27,166 nucleotides of DNA from Alphaproteobacteria bacterium (GTDB taxonomy: Bacteria; Pseudomonadota; Alphaproteobacteria; GCA-2731375), in NCBI GenBank assembly GCA_965225945.1, contig CBDDBZ010000007.1, positions 1 to 27,166 on the forward strand, in the 5' to 3' direction. The notes beneath the pieces are model-generated. The model ran no database searches and had not been told where the DNA came from. It saw nothing but the letters and a program-made list of their open reading frames with translations. Positions 1 to 7,909 of this stretch are shown here, piece after piece. Positions within the stretch are counted from its first letter, which is position 1. Every line of letters begins with the position of its first letter. A program made the translations under genes and the position numbers.

Positions 1-16
1 TGATTGCTTTCGACAT
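1..16 (-). CDS. Possible 5' end of a gene running off the left edge (MSKAI...)
   Basis: ATG at 16-14 with GGGG upstream. Only 5 codons are visible, so no product can be assigned. Confidence 0.3.
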
Positions 17-382
17 GATCGGCCCCGTTTGCTAATGCCATAACAAGACAAAACGCAACGCATAGGACCTAGAGTGCCGGCCGGCGCTAAACTCGGCTCG
101 CCCTGCCCTGGGTCGTGCCGAACGCCTGGCCGATTGTAGCTGTCTCGAGCCGGGGTCTCACGCCCCTTCGATCGAATGACGCCCGACCTGGCACCGGCAG
201 ACGAACGTCGCATTCGGGCCAGATCAATTATCCATATAGTGTCGAATCGCGTCGGCACAACCACCTAAATGGGTATATCTTTCCACCAGCGAGCGCGGGC
301 GGTGGAACTTCGCCGCCGTCTTTCGAACCGTCCGCCCCAGCCCGCCCCGGCTCGGCCCTGGCGGGCGCGGCGAGGGCCGTCG

Positions 383-1015
383 TCAGGCCTTCCGGGGCGC
401 GGGGTTGGTGGCGGCGACGCTCGCCCGCTCGGAGACGGTCTGGTGCCAGCGGCCGAGGTTCTCCAGCTCCTCGGGGATGCGGATCTTGGCGACCCGGCCG
501 ATGCCGAAGGCGCAGATCGCGGTGATGTCGGCGATGGTGAAGCCGGCGCCGGCGATATACTCGCGCGCCGCCAGTTCGCCGTCGAGCCACCCCATGCGCT
601 CTTCCGCGTTCCGCCGGCAGAGCTCGCCATAGTCCTTCACTTGTTCGATCCGGCCCTCCCAATAGGGGTGCGAATGGCGGAAGCAGCCGGTCATGTTGAG
701 CAGGATCTCGAGCTCCATCCGCCGGTTCCACATCTCGACCTCGGCCTTGTCGCGGGAATCCCGGCCGAAGAGCGGCGGTTCGGGATGGGTCTCCTCGAAA
801 TAGCGGCAGATGGCGACGGATTCGGCGAGGAAACTGCCGTCGTCGAACTCCAGCACCGGCACCCGGGCGAGCGGGTTCTTGGCGACGAACGCGGGCGCGA
901 AGTTGCCCTTCGCCGCGAGATCGATCTGCTCGCTCGCGACCTCGATGCCCTTCTCCGCCAAGAATATGGCGACGCGGCGGGGATTGGGGGCCACGGCGGC
1001 GGTCCATAGTTTCAT
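383..1015 (-). CDS. Glutathione S-transferase family protein (210 aa)
   Basis: 3' part of ORF 383..2047. Starts MKLWTAAVAPNPRRVAIFLAEKG and contains NPLARVPVL, LAESVAICRY and FTIADI GST motifs. GGGAGAG/GAGG lies upstream of the ATG at 1015. Confidence 0.92.
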   Translation of the reverse strand: MKLWTAAVAPNPRRVAIFLAEKGIEVASEQIDLAAKGNFAPAFVAKNPLARVPVLEFDDGSFLAESVAICRYFEETHPEPPLFGRDSRDKAEVEMWNRRMELEILLNMTGCFRHSHPYWEGRIEQVKDYGELCRRNAEERMGWLDGELAAREYIAGAGFTIADITAICAFGIGRVAKIRIPEELENLGRWHQTVSERASVAATNPAPRKA

Positions 1016-2158
1016 CCTCGGTGCTCTCCCTCGAATTTCGGCGCGGCCCGGACCCTCCGCACCGCGCGGGGCGGAGACTACCCCCAAGTCGGCGCCACTG
1101 GCGAGCCTCAGGTGGACAGCCCCCCCCGGCGATGGGCGATCATGAAAATATGGGTCCATGAGGTCACGGGCGATACGAAGCTTGCCCACCGGGGGACGCT
1201 TCCCGATCCGGGATCGACGATCGCGAAAAATTTTGGGAGGAAGACGATGAAATTCGGCACGCGCACGCTTTTGACGGCCGCCGCGGCCCTCGCCGTTCTG
1301 GCCGCCGCGACCACCGCGTCGGCACAGGAGTTCAAACTGCGTTGGGGCCACTATCTCGGCAAGGGCCCGTTCCTGGAGATGGAGCAGAAGTTCGCCCGCG
1401 CGATCGAGAAGCGCACCAACGGCCGGGTCAAGATCGACATCACCTTCGCCGGCGGCCTGGGCAAGGGCAACGAGACCATGACGCTGGCCGGCCGCGGCGC
1501 CATCGACATAGCCGCCGCCCCGCCGAGTTACTACGGCGACCAGCTCTTGTTCTGGAAAGCCTTCCAGGTGCCCTTCATCTTCACCACGCCGAAGCAGGCG
1601 ATGATGGTGCTGGCCAAGTCGCTGGAGGAGTTTCCGGTCTACCAGCAGGAAATGGACAAGATGAACGTCATCTGGCTGTTCCAGCAGCCCTTGGGCATCT
1701 ATTTCCTGACCGGCCCGGGGGCCGACTGCGACAACCTGGCCGGCCTCAAGGGCAAGAAGATCCGAAGCTTCGGCAAGGACGTGCCGAAAGCCCACAACGC
1801 CATCGGCGCGGTGCCGGTGAACGTGCGTCCGGTCGAGGTCTACGAGGCCTTGCAGCGCGGCACCATCGACTACTCGTTCCTGAACGCCGGCAACATCCAG
1901 CAGTACAAGCTCTACGAGCCGGGCAAGTACAGCTGCGGCCCGATCATGGCGATCACCGGCCACAACATCGTCATCGGCAAGAACACCTGGAACAAGCTGC
2001 CGAAGGACATCCAGGAGATCTTCCTGGACCAGGGCAAGAAGACGCATGCGGAATACCTCGCTTGGCTGACCGATTTCGAGGCCTCGGCGGTCGAAAACAT
2101 CAAGCAGGCCGGCGGCGTCTTCAAGCCCTTCCCGCCCGAGCAGCTCGCCAAATGGAAA

Positions 2159-3183
2159 GGCTCAATTCGCGAATTGTATGCATTAGTGATAGAGTGCCTG
2201 GAACGTCAGGAGGTTGGGTTATGGACGGCAAGGGTTTCCAGGTGTGGCTTTCGGCGGCGCGCGGGCTGACGCGCGCGCAGCGGCGCGAGGCGCTCGCGGT
2301 GCTGTCGGGCCGGAGCGAGGGCGAGGCATCGAAGGCCGCGATCGAGCTTGGTGTGGACGAGGCCCGGCGCTGTCCGCACTGCGTGAGCGAAGGGGCGGTT
2401 TCGCGCGGTATGGCGCGGGGTCTGCGGCGCTACCAGTGCAAGGGCTGCGGCAAGACCTTCAACGCGCTGAGCGGTACGCCGCTGTCGGGCTTGCACCACA
2501 AGGAACGCTGGCTGTCGTTCGGGGCGTCGCTGGCGAAGGGGGAGACGGTGAAGGCCTCGGCGGCGCGCTGCGACGTGGCGGTGAGCACGGCGTTCCGCTG
2601 GCGTCACCGGTTTCTGGCGGCGGCGCGGAGCGATTCGGAGGTGCTCAAGGGGATCGTGGAAGCGGACGAGACCTACGTCCTGGAGAGCCGGAAGGGCGCG
2701 CGCGGGCTGGGGCGCAAGGCACGGCGGCGGGGCGGCAAGGCGAAGAAGCGCGGCCTCTCGCGCGAGCAGGTACCGGTTCTCATGGCGGCGGACCGGAGCG
2801 GAACGACGGTCAGCGCGGTGCTGCCCAGGGTCGATGCGGCGGCGCTCACGGCTGCCCTCGACCCGGTGGTCGCGAAGGACGCCCTGCTGGTCTCCGACGG
2901 CGGCGCGAGCTACCCACCGTGCGCCGCCGCGCTCGGGGTGAGCCACGAAGCACTCAACCGCTCGATGGGGGAACGGGTTCGGGGCGATCTGCATGTGCAG
3001 ACGGTGAACAGCCGCCACAGCCGGTTGAAGGACTTCCTGCGTCCCCGCCGCGGCATCGCCACCCGCTATCTGGACAACTACCTGAGCTGGTTCCACCTCG
3101 TCGGCCTCGCCCCCGGCGCCAATGACCGAGCCTGCCTCGCCGCCGCCGTAACAAGGTGACGCATACAATTCACGAATTGAGCC
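2159..3183 (+). mobile_element. IS1595-family insertion sequence, copy 1 (1025 bp, ISPna2-like)
   Basis: 23-bp terminal IRs GGCTCAATTCG(C/T)GAATTGTATGC with 1 mismatch. 8-bp target duplication AATGGAAA at 2151-2158 and 3184-3191. Confidence 0.96.
2221..3159 (+). CDS. IS1595-family transposase (312 aa)
   Basis: AGGAGG RBS, Zn ribbon CPHC...CKGC, HTH region, catalytic VEADETY / LVSDG / HVQTVNSRHSRLK, and GIATRYLDNYLSWF. Confidence 0.95.
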   Translation: MDGKGFQVWLSAARGLTRAQRREALAVLSGRSEGEASKAAIELGVDEARRCPHCVSEGAVSRGMARGLRRYQCKGCGKTFNALSGTPLSGLHHKERWLSFGASLAKGETVKASAARCDVAVSTAFRWRHRFLAAARSDSEVLKGIVEADETYVLESRKGARGLGRKARRRGGKAKKRGLSREQVPVLMAADRSGTTVSAVLPRVDAAALTAALDPVVAKDALLVSDGGASYPPCAAALGVSHEALNRSMGERVRGDLHVQTVNSRHSRLKDFLRPRRGIATRYLDNYLSWFHLVGLAPGANDRACLAAAVTR

Positions 3184-3323
3184 AATGGAAATCCATGGCG
3201 CCCGAGTTCCTGAAGGCTTGGGAAGAGGACGTGACCAAGCGTGGCCAGGGTGAGATGGCCAAGAAGGTCGCCGCGCGTTGGCGCGAATTGATGGCCGAAT
3301 AGTCTCGTCGAGACGACGCGTCG

Positions 3324-3357
3324 GCCCCGCCCGCCGCCGGCCCTGGCGGGGCGGGGT
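3324..3357 (+). terminator. GC-rich stem-loop between dctP and dctQ (mRNA-stabilising or attenuating hairpin)
   Basis: GCCCCGCCCGCC ... GGCGGGGCGGGGT inverted repeat with no U-tract. Confidence 0.5.
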
Positions 3358-3387
3358 GGGGCGTCTCGGTGAGGGACCGCGTCCGCG

Positions 3388-3945
3388 ATGCAGCAATTCA
3401 ACCGAATGCTGGAGCGTTTCGCGCTGGCGATCCTGCTCGTCGGCGGCGCCGGCATGCTGACCGCCATGTTTCTCGGCGCCGGCGACGTCGTCGGCACGCA
3501 GTTCTTCGGCTGGCCGGTGCCCGGCGCCAAGGAGATCACCGAGAGCACCATGGTGCTGATCGTGTTCGGCGCGCTGACCTATGCGCAGATCCGGCGAAGC
3601 CACGTCCGCGTCGAGCTGGTCCACGCCCGCGTCGGGCCGCGAATGCAGGCCGCGATGGACGTCGTTACCGACCTCGCGGCGCTCGTCTTCTTCGGCTTCC
3701 TGCTGTGGCAGGCGGTCTTCGAGGCGATGAAGAGCTGGCGCATCGACGAGACGTCCGACGGTCTGATCGTCTTTCCACTCTACCCCGCCAGATGGATCCT
3801 GGTCGCGGGCGTCGCGATCCTGATGGTGCGGCTGGCGGTGGACTTGGCTCAGGACCTGCCCAGGGTGCGCAGCGGCGCGCCGGCGGAAGGCGCCGCCCTG
3901 CCGCTGGTGCCGGACGTTCCCGGCTTGGAGCTCGGCGAAGACTAG
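3388..3945 (+). CDS. dctQ: TRAP small permease DctQ
   Basis: 185 aa with about 4 TM segments and a HVRVEL motif; lies between dctP and dctM. Confidence 0.92.
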   Translation: MQQFNRMLERFALAILLVGGAGMLTAMFLGAGDVVGTQFFGWPVPGAKEITESTMVLIVFGALTYAQIRRSHVRVELVHARVGPRMQAAMDVVTDLAALVFFGFLLWQAVFEAMKSWRIDETSDGLIVFPLYPARWILVAGVAILMVRLAVDLAQDLPRVRSGAPAEGAALPLVPDVPGLELGED

Positions 3946-3999
3946 CGCGGTTCATGTTCGATACGATCAACCCCGAAATGCTGTAGCGAAGGTCTTCCC

Positions 4000-5310
4000 A
4001 TGCTCGATCCCGCAACCGCAGGCGTCGTCGTGATGGTGCTTTTGTTCGTGGCCTTGGCCGCGGGCGTCCACATCGGCGTGGCCTTGGGGCTCGGCGGGAT
4101 CCTGGGCATGTATCTCGCGATCGGCCCGGACGCGGCGCTCGGCCAACTCGCCACGGTTCCCTTCAGCACAACCAATTCATTCACCCTGGCGGTGATTCCG
4201 CTGTTCATCCTGATGGGCTCGCTCGCCACCCAAGCGCGGCTCACGAGCGACCTCTATCGCGCCGCCTACTATTGGCTCGGGGGCCTGCCGGGAGGCCTGG
4301 CGATGGCGACGACGCTGGCCTCGGCCGCCTTCGGCGCCGCCTGCGGCTCGTCCGTGGTCAACGCCGCCGTGTTCACCCGGATGGCGCTGCCGGAGATGAC
4401 CAAGTTCGGCTACGACAAGCGCTTGAGCGCCGGCTGCATCGCCGCCTCCGGCACGCTCGCGTCGCTGATCCCGCCGAGCATCCTGATGGTGATCTATGCG
4501 GTGATCACCGAGCAGTCGGTGGGCGCGCTGCTGATCGCGGGACTGCTGCCGGGACTGCTGTCGGCGGCGATCTACATGGGGGGGATCTACATCCGGGCCA
4601 GACGCAACCCGGGAATTGCGCCGGTGCCCGATATCGAGATCTCGTGGGGCGAGCGGTGGCGCTCCCTCTACGGCGTGTGGGGCGTCGTGTTCCTGTTCCT
4701 TCTGGTGATCGGCGGGATCTACGGCGGCCTCTTCACGCCGACCTATGCCGGCGCCGTCGGCGCCTTCGGCGCCTTCCTCATCGTCATCGTCAAGCGGCGC
4801 CTCGACCGCCGCACGCTGATCGAGACTTTCAAGGACGCCGGCATCACGACCTCGGTGATCTTCATCATCGTCGTCGGCGGGATCCTCTTCGCCCGCTTCC
4901 TCACCTACACCGGCCTGGTCGCGGATATCTCGACCGAGCTGCTGGCGCTCGAGCTCCACCCCTATCTCTATCTGCTGGCCTTCGCGATGATCTACCTCGT
5001 GCTCGGTATGTTCATCGATCCGATCGCGATCATGGTGATGACCTTGCCGGTGATGTTCCCGATCATGACCGGAGCCGGCTTCAATCCGATCTGGCTCGGC
5101 GTGATCTCGATCAAGCTGGCGGAGATCTCGTTGATCACGCCACCGGTGGGACTCAACGTCTATGTGGTGCGGAGCGCCTCGCCAATTCCCTTGTCGTTGG
5201 AGGACGTGTTCGCCGGCGTGATGCCCTTCCTGGTGCTGGATGTCTTCACCCTCGGCCTGCTGATCGTCTTTCCGGGGATCGTGCTGGTGCTGCCCGATCT
5301 GATGTACTGA
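4000..5310 (+). CDS. dctM: TRAP large permease DctM
   Basis: 436 aa, hydrophobic, with AVIPLFILMG, GTLASLIPPS and ITPPVGLNVYV motifs. Confidence 0.96.
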   Translation: MLDPATAGVVVMVLLFVALAAGVHIGVALGLGGILGMYLAIGPDAALGQLATVPFSTTNSFTLAVIPLFILMGSLATQARLTSDLYRAAYYWLGGLPGGLAMATTLASAAFGAACGSSVVNAAVFTRMALPEMTKFGYDKRLSAGCIAASGTLASLIPPSILMVIYAVITEQSVGALLIAGLLPGLLSAAIYMGGIYIRARRNPGIAPVPDIEISWGERWRSLYGVWGVVFLFLLVIGGIYGGLFTPTYAGAVGAFGAFLIVIVKRRLDRRTLIETFKDAGITTSVIFIIVVGGILFARFLTYTGLVADISTELLALELHPYLYLLAFAMIYLVLGMFIDPIAIMVMTLPVMFPIMTGAGFNPIWLGVISIKLAEISLITPPVGLNVYVVRSASPIPLSLEDVFAGVMPFLVLDVFTLGLLIVFPGIVLVLPDLMY

Positions 5311-5332
5311 CGACGGACGCGCGCAGGTCGCC

Positions 5333-6259
5333 ATGACGGAGCCTGGCCCCGGCGACTTACCGCTTTGGCGGGTGCATGCCCAGGTGTTGTTGTCGCGGGC
5401 GCTGGTCGCCACCTCCTTCGTCGTCGGGGCGGAGATTACCCACGGCCTGGCGCCCGAGCTGCTGACGCTGCTGCGCTTCGCGCTGGCGACGCTGCTGTTC
5501 CTGCCCTATGTCGCCTGGCGCCACGGTCTCGCGCTTCCGAGCCTTCGCGCGCTGGCGGGCTACGCGGCGATCAGCGCCGCGATCGTCAGCTTCTTCTGGG
5601 CGATGTTCGAGGCCTTGCGATGGACCAGCGCGCTCAATACGGCGGCGCTTTACACCCTGCTGCCGGGAATCGCCGCGATCTGGGCCGGAGTGTTGGTGCG
5701 GGAGCGGCTGGGCGGCTACCGCCTGGTCGCGCTCGGGATCGGCGCGCTCGGCGCGCTCTGGGTGGTGTTTCGGGGCGAGCCGGCGCGCCTGCTCGCCCTC
5801 GACCTCAACCAGGGCGATCTGATCTTCCTCCTCGGGCTCGTCGCCATGGGCCTCTACACGCCGCTGGTCCGCCGCCTGCACCGCGAGGAACCGGCGGCCG
5901 TGATGTCGTTCTGGACGCTTGCGACCGGAACCGGGTGGCTGCTGCTGGTGAACAACACGGCGATCTGGGAGACCGACTGGCGCGCGGTCGAGGCTGAGGT
6001 CTTCCTCGGCATCGCCTATCTCGCGCTGTTCACCACCTGCATCACCTTCCTGATCCAGCAACACGCGACGCTCCACATCGGCCCGACCCGGGTGATGAGC
6101 TACGGCTACCTCAGCCCCGCCTTCGTGGTGCTGGTCGAATGGGCCGTCGGCCACGGCCTGCCCTCGGCGATGGCGCTGCCGGGCCTCCTGCTGGTGATCG
6201 CCGCGACCGCCGTGGTGCAGAGCGGCGCCACGCGGGAACGCCGAATCAGCGGCCCTTGA
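5333..6259 (+). CDS. DMT/EamA family transporter
   Basis: 308 aa with about 10 TM segments in two EamA-like repeats (LRF...; LVRERLG). Confidence 0.88.
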   Translation: MTEPGPGDLPLWRVHAQVLLSRALVATSFVVGAEITHGLAPELLTLLRFALATLLFLPYVAWRHGLALPSLRALAGYAAISAAIVSFFWAMFEALRWTSALNTAALYTLLPGIAAIWAGVLVRERLGGYRLVALGIGALGALWVVFRGEPARLLALDLNQGDLIFLLGLVAMGLYTPLVRRLHREEPAAVMSFWTLATGTGWLLLVNNTAIWETDWRAVEAEVFLGIAYLALFTTCITFLIQQHATLHIGPTRVMSYGYLSPAFVVLVEWAVGHGLPSAMALPGLLLVIAATAVVQSGATRERRISGP

Positions 6260-6308
6260 AGGCGGGCTCGCGATGTTCGACGAAGGCGCCTACGCCGGAC
6301 CGAAACCC
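6246..6308 (-). pseudogene. C-terminal remnant of an enoyl-CoA hydratase/isomerase gene
   Basis: Minus strand reads GFRSGVGAFVEHREPAFKGR*, matching the crotonase end pattern D(F)xEGxxAFxEKRxPxFxGx*. The frame is closed by a TAG 11 codons upstream with no start codon. Confidence 0.65.
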
Positions 6309-6748
6309 GCCGGCTCGCTGGCCGAACTCGGCACCTGGAGGCTAATCGATGGGCTGCGACTGGCTCCTTTGCCGACATGACGGCGGCCGATCCAGTAGCA
6401 TCCAGATGGCTCGACAGGACAGGCGTGTGCGGCGCGCGCAGGGGTACGCTCTCACAGCGCGCAAACGCCCTCGGCCGGGCTTCTGATCACCAAATCGGCC
6501 CGACGAGGAGAGGAGATCAGTATGCAGACTGCCGGATCAGGACTGGATTCGCCTTCGACCACCAAATTGGGTACGCTACCGGTGATGCAAATTATCATCC
6601 GGTGATTCTCGACTTGAGCCCCGGGCTCACCAGCATGCGAACGGCGCGTGGCGTACGGGGAGGCTGATAGATGGAAACCACATGCGACAACATTTAGAAC
6701 CGACCACTTTCGATCGATTTTCGTCGAAATCAAGGAGGACATGACGTT

Positions 6749-7750
6749 ATGAAACGCATCGCATTATCCACCTTCGCGATGGCCCTGGTGGCGGGCCTCG
6801 GCACCAGCGTGCTGACCGCCAATACGGCGTTCGCACAGAAGAGGTTCATCGCCATCGGCACCGGGGGCCCGACCGGCGTCTACTTCGTCGTCGGCCAGTC
6901 GGTCTGCCGCCTGGTCCACAAGGAAGCCGCGGAAGGCCGCAAAACGGGCCGCAAGCACGGTATCCGTTGCGCGGCGCCGTCGACCGGCGGATCGACGTAC
7001 AACATCGGCCAGATCAGCCAGGGCGAGCTCGACTTCGGCGTCGCCCAGTCCGACTGGCAGTACCATGCCTACAACGGCACCGCGCCGGACAAGGTCAAGG
7101 AGTTCAAGAAGCTGCGCGCGGTATTCTCGGTGCATCCCGAGCCGTATCACATCATCGTCGGCGCCAATTCAGGCATCAAAAGTTGGGCCGACCTCAAGGG
7201 CAAACGGTTCAATATCGGCAACCCGGGCTCGGGCCAGCGCGGGACGACGGAAGTCCTGATGAAGGCCTATGGCACGAGCAAGAGCGACTTCAAGATCGCC
7301 ACCGAACTCACCTCGACCGAGCAGTCGAAGGCGCTGTGCGACGGCAAGATCGACGCCTACGGCTACACCGTCGGCGTTCCCAACGCCGGCGTTTCGGTCG
7401 CCACCGACGGCTGCGGCGCGAGGATCATCAGCCTGAACACCGGCGTCGAGAAGAAGCTGGTCGACGGGAACGCGTATTACGCGTTCGCGACCATCCCGAA
7501 GGGGACCTACAAGACGACCGACAGCGACGTCACCACGTTCGGCGTCATGGCGACGTTCGTGACGAGCGCCGACGTGGCGGACGACGTCGTCTACGAGGTC
7601 GTGCGCGCGGTGTTCGAGAACCTCGACGACTTCAGGAAGCTGCACCCGGCGTTCGCGAACCTCGACCCCAAGAAGATGGTCAAAAACGCGCTGTCGGCGC
7701 CACTCCATCCAGGCGCGCTCAAGTATTACAAGGAAAAGGGATTGCTGTAG
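6749..7750 (+). CDS. TAXI-family TRAP solute-binding protein
   Basis: AAGGAGG RBS, signal peptide, and IGTGGPTGVY, STGGS, AQSD, GNPGSG and PLHPGA motifs. Confidence 0.96.
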   Translation: MKRIALSTFAMALVAGLGTSVLTANTAFAQKRFIAIGTGGPTGVYFVVGQSVCRLVHKEAAEGRKTGRKHGIRCAAPSTGGSTYNIGQISQGELDFGVAQSDWQYHAYNGTAPDKVKEFKKLRAVFSVHPEPYHIIVGANSGIKSWADLKGKRFNIGNPGSGQRGTTEVLMKAYGTSKSDFKIATELTSTEQSKALCDGKIDAYGYTVGVPNAGVSVATDGCGARIISLNTGVEKKLVDGNAYYAFATIPKGTYKTTDSDVTTFGVMATFVTSADVADDVVYEVVRAVFENLDDFRKLHPAFANLDPKKMVKNALSAPLHPGALKYYKEKGLL

Positions 7751-7769
7751 ACGCGAGCCCGAACCGGTG

Positions 7770-7803
7770 GCCGGCGCTCCCCGCGTGGGGGGAGGGCGGC
7801 GGC
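7770..7803 (+). terminator. GC-rich hairpin after the TAXI binding-protein gene
   Basis: CTCCCC/GGGGAG core stem with GC-rich extension and a weak T-run downstream. Confidence 0.4.
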
Positions 7804-7909
7804 CCGCATTTCGCGCACGTTGCTTGGTCCACGACGATGATCCCGAGTGCGGCATGCGTGGCGGGCCTTTGGAACGCGTTGCAAGGGTGCGGCCGGATTG
7901 GGGGGATTC

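Larger units (their letters stand above)
1247..3302 (+). pseudogene. dctP: TRAP substrate-binding protein DctP interrupted by IS1595 (native parts 1247-2158 and 3192-3302; 340 aa when rejoined)
   Basis: GGGAGG RBS, signal peptide, LKGKKIRS and EVYEALQRGTID motifs. Removing the IS and one AATGGAAA restores ...QLAKWK-SMAPEFLKAWEEDVTKRGQGEMAKKVAARWRELMAE*. Confidence 0.93.

Noticed and set aside
1342-3159. 605-aa ORF suggesting a large N-terminally extended transposase
   Set aside because: The extension is an off-frame reading of dctP outside the IS boundary. The transposase has its own AGGAGG RBS and ATG at 2221, matching copy 2.
340-3357. Shared CGGCCCTGGCGGG in hairpins at about 340-366 and 3324-3357 (REP-like?)
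   Set aside because: Only two short copies in very GC-rich DNA, which is insufficient for a repeat family.
3954-3986. Mini-ORF MFDTINPEML* between dctQ and dctM
   Set aside because: Only 10 codons with no clear RBS; it cannot be distinguished from chance.
6380-6748. Riboswitch (glycine or TPP) in the TAXI leader
   Set aside because: GGAGA- and CTGA-like words occur, but not the ordered conserved cores of either family.
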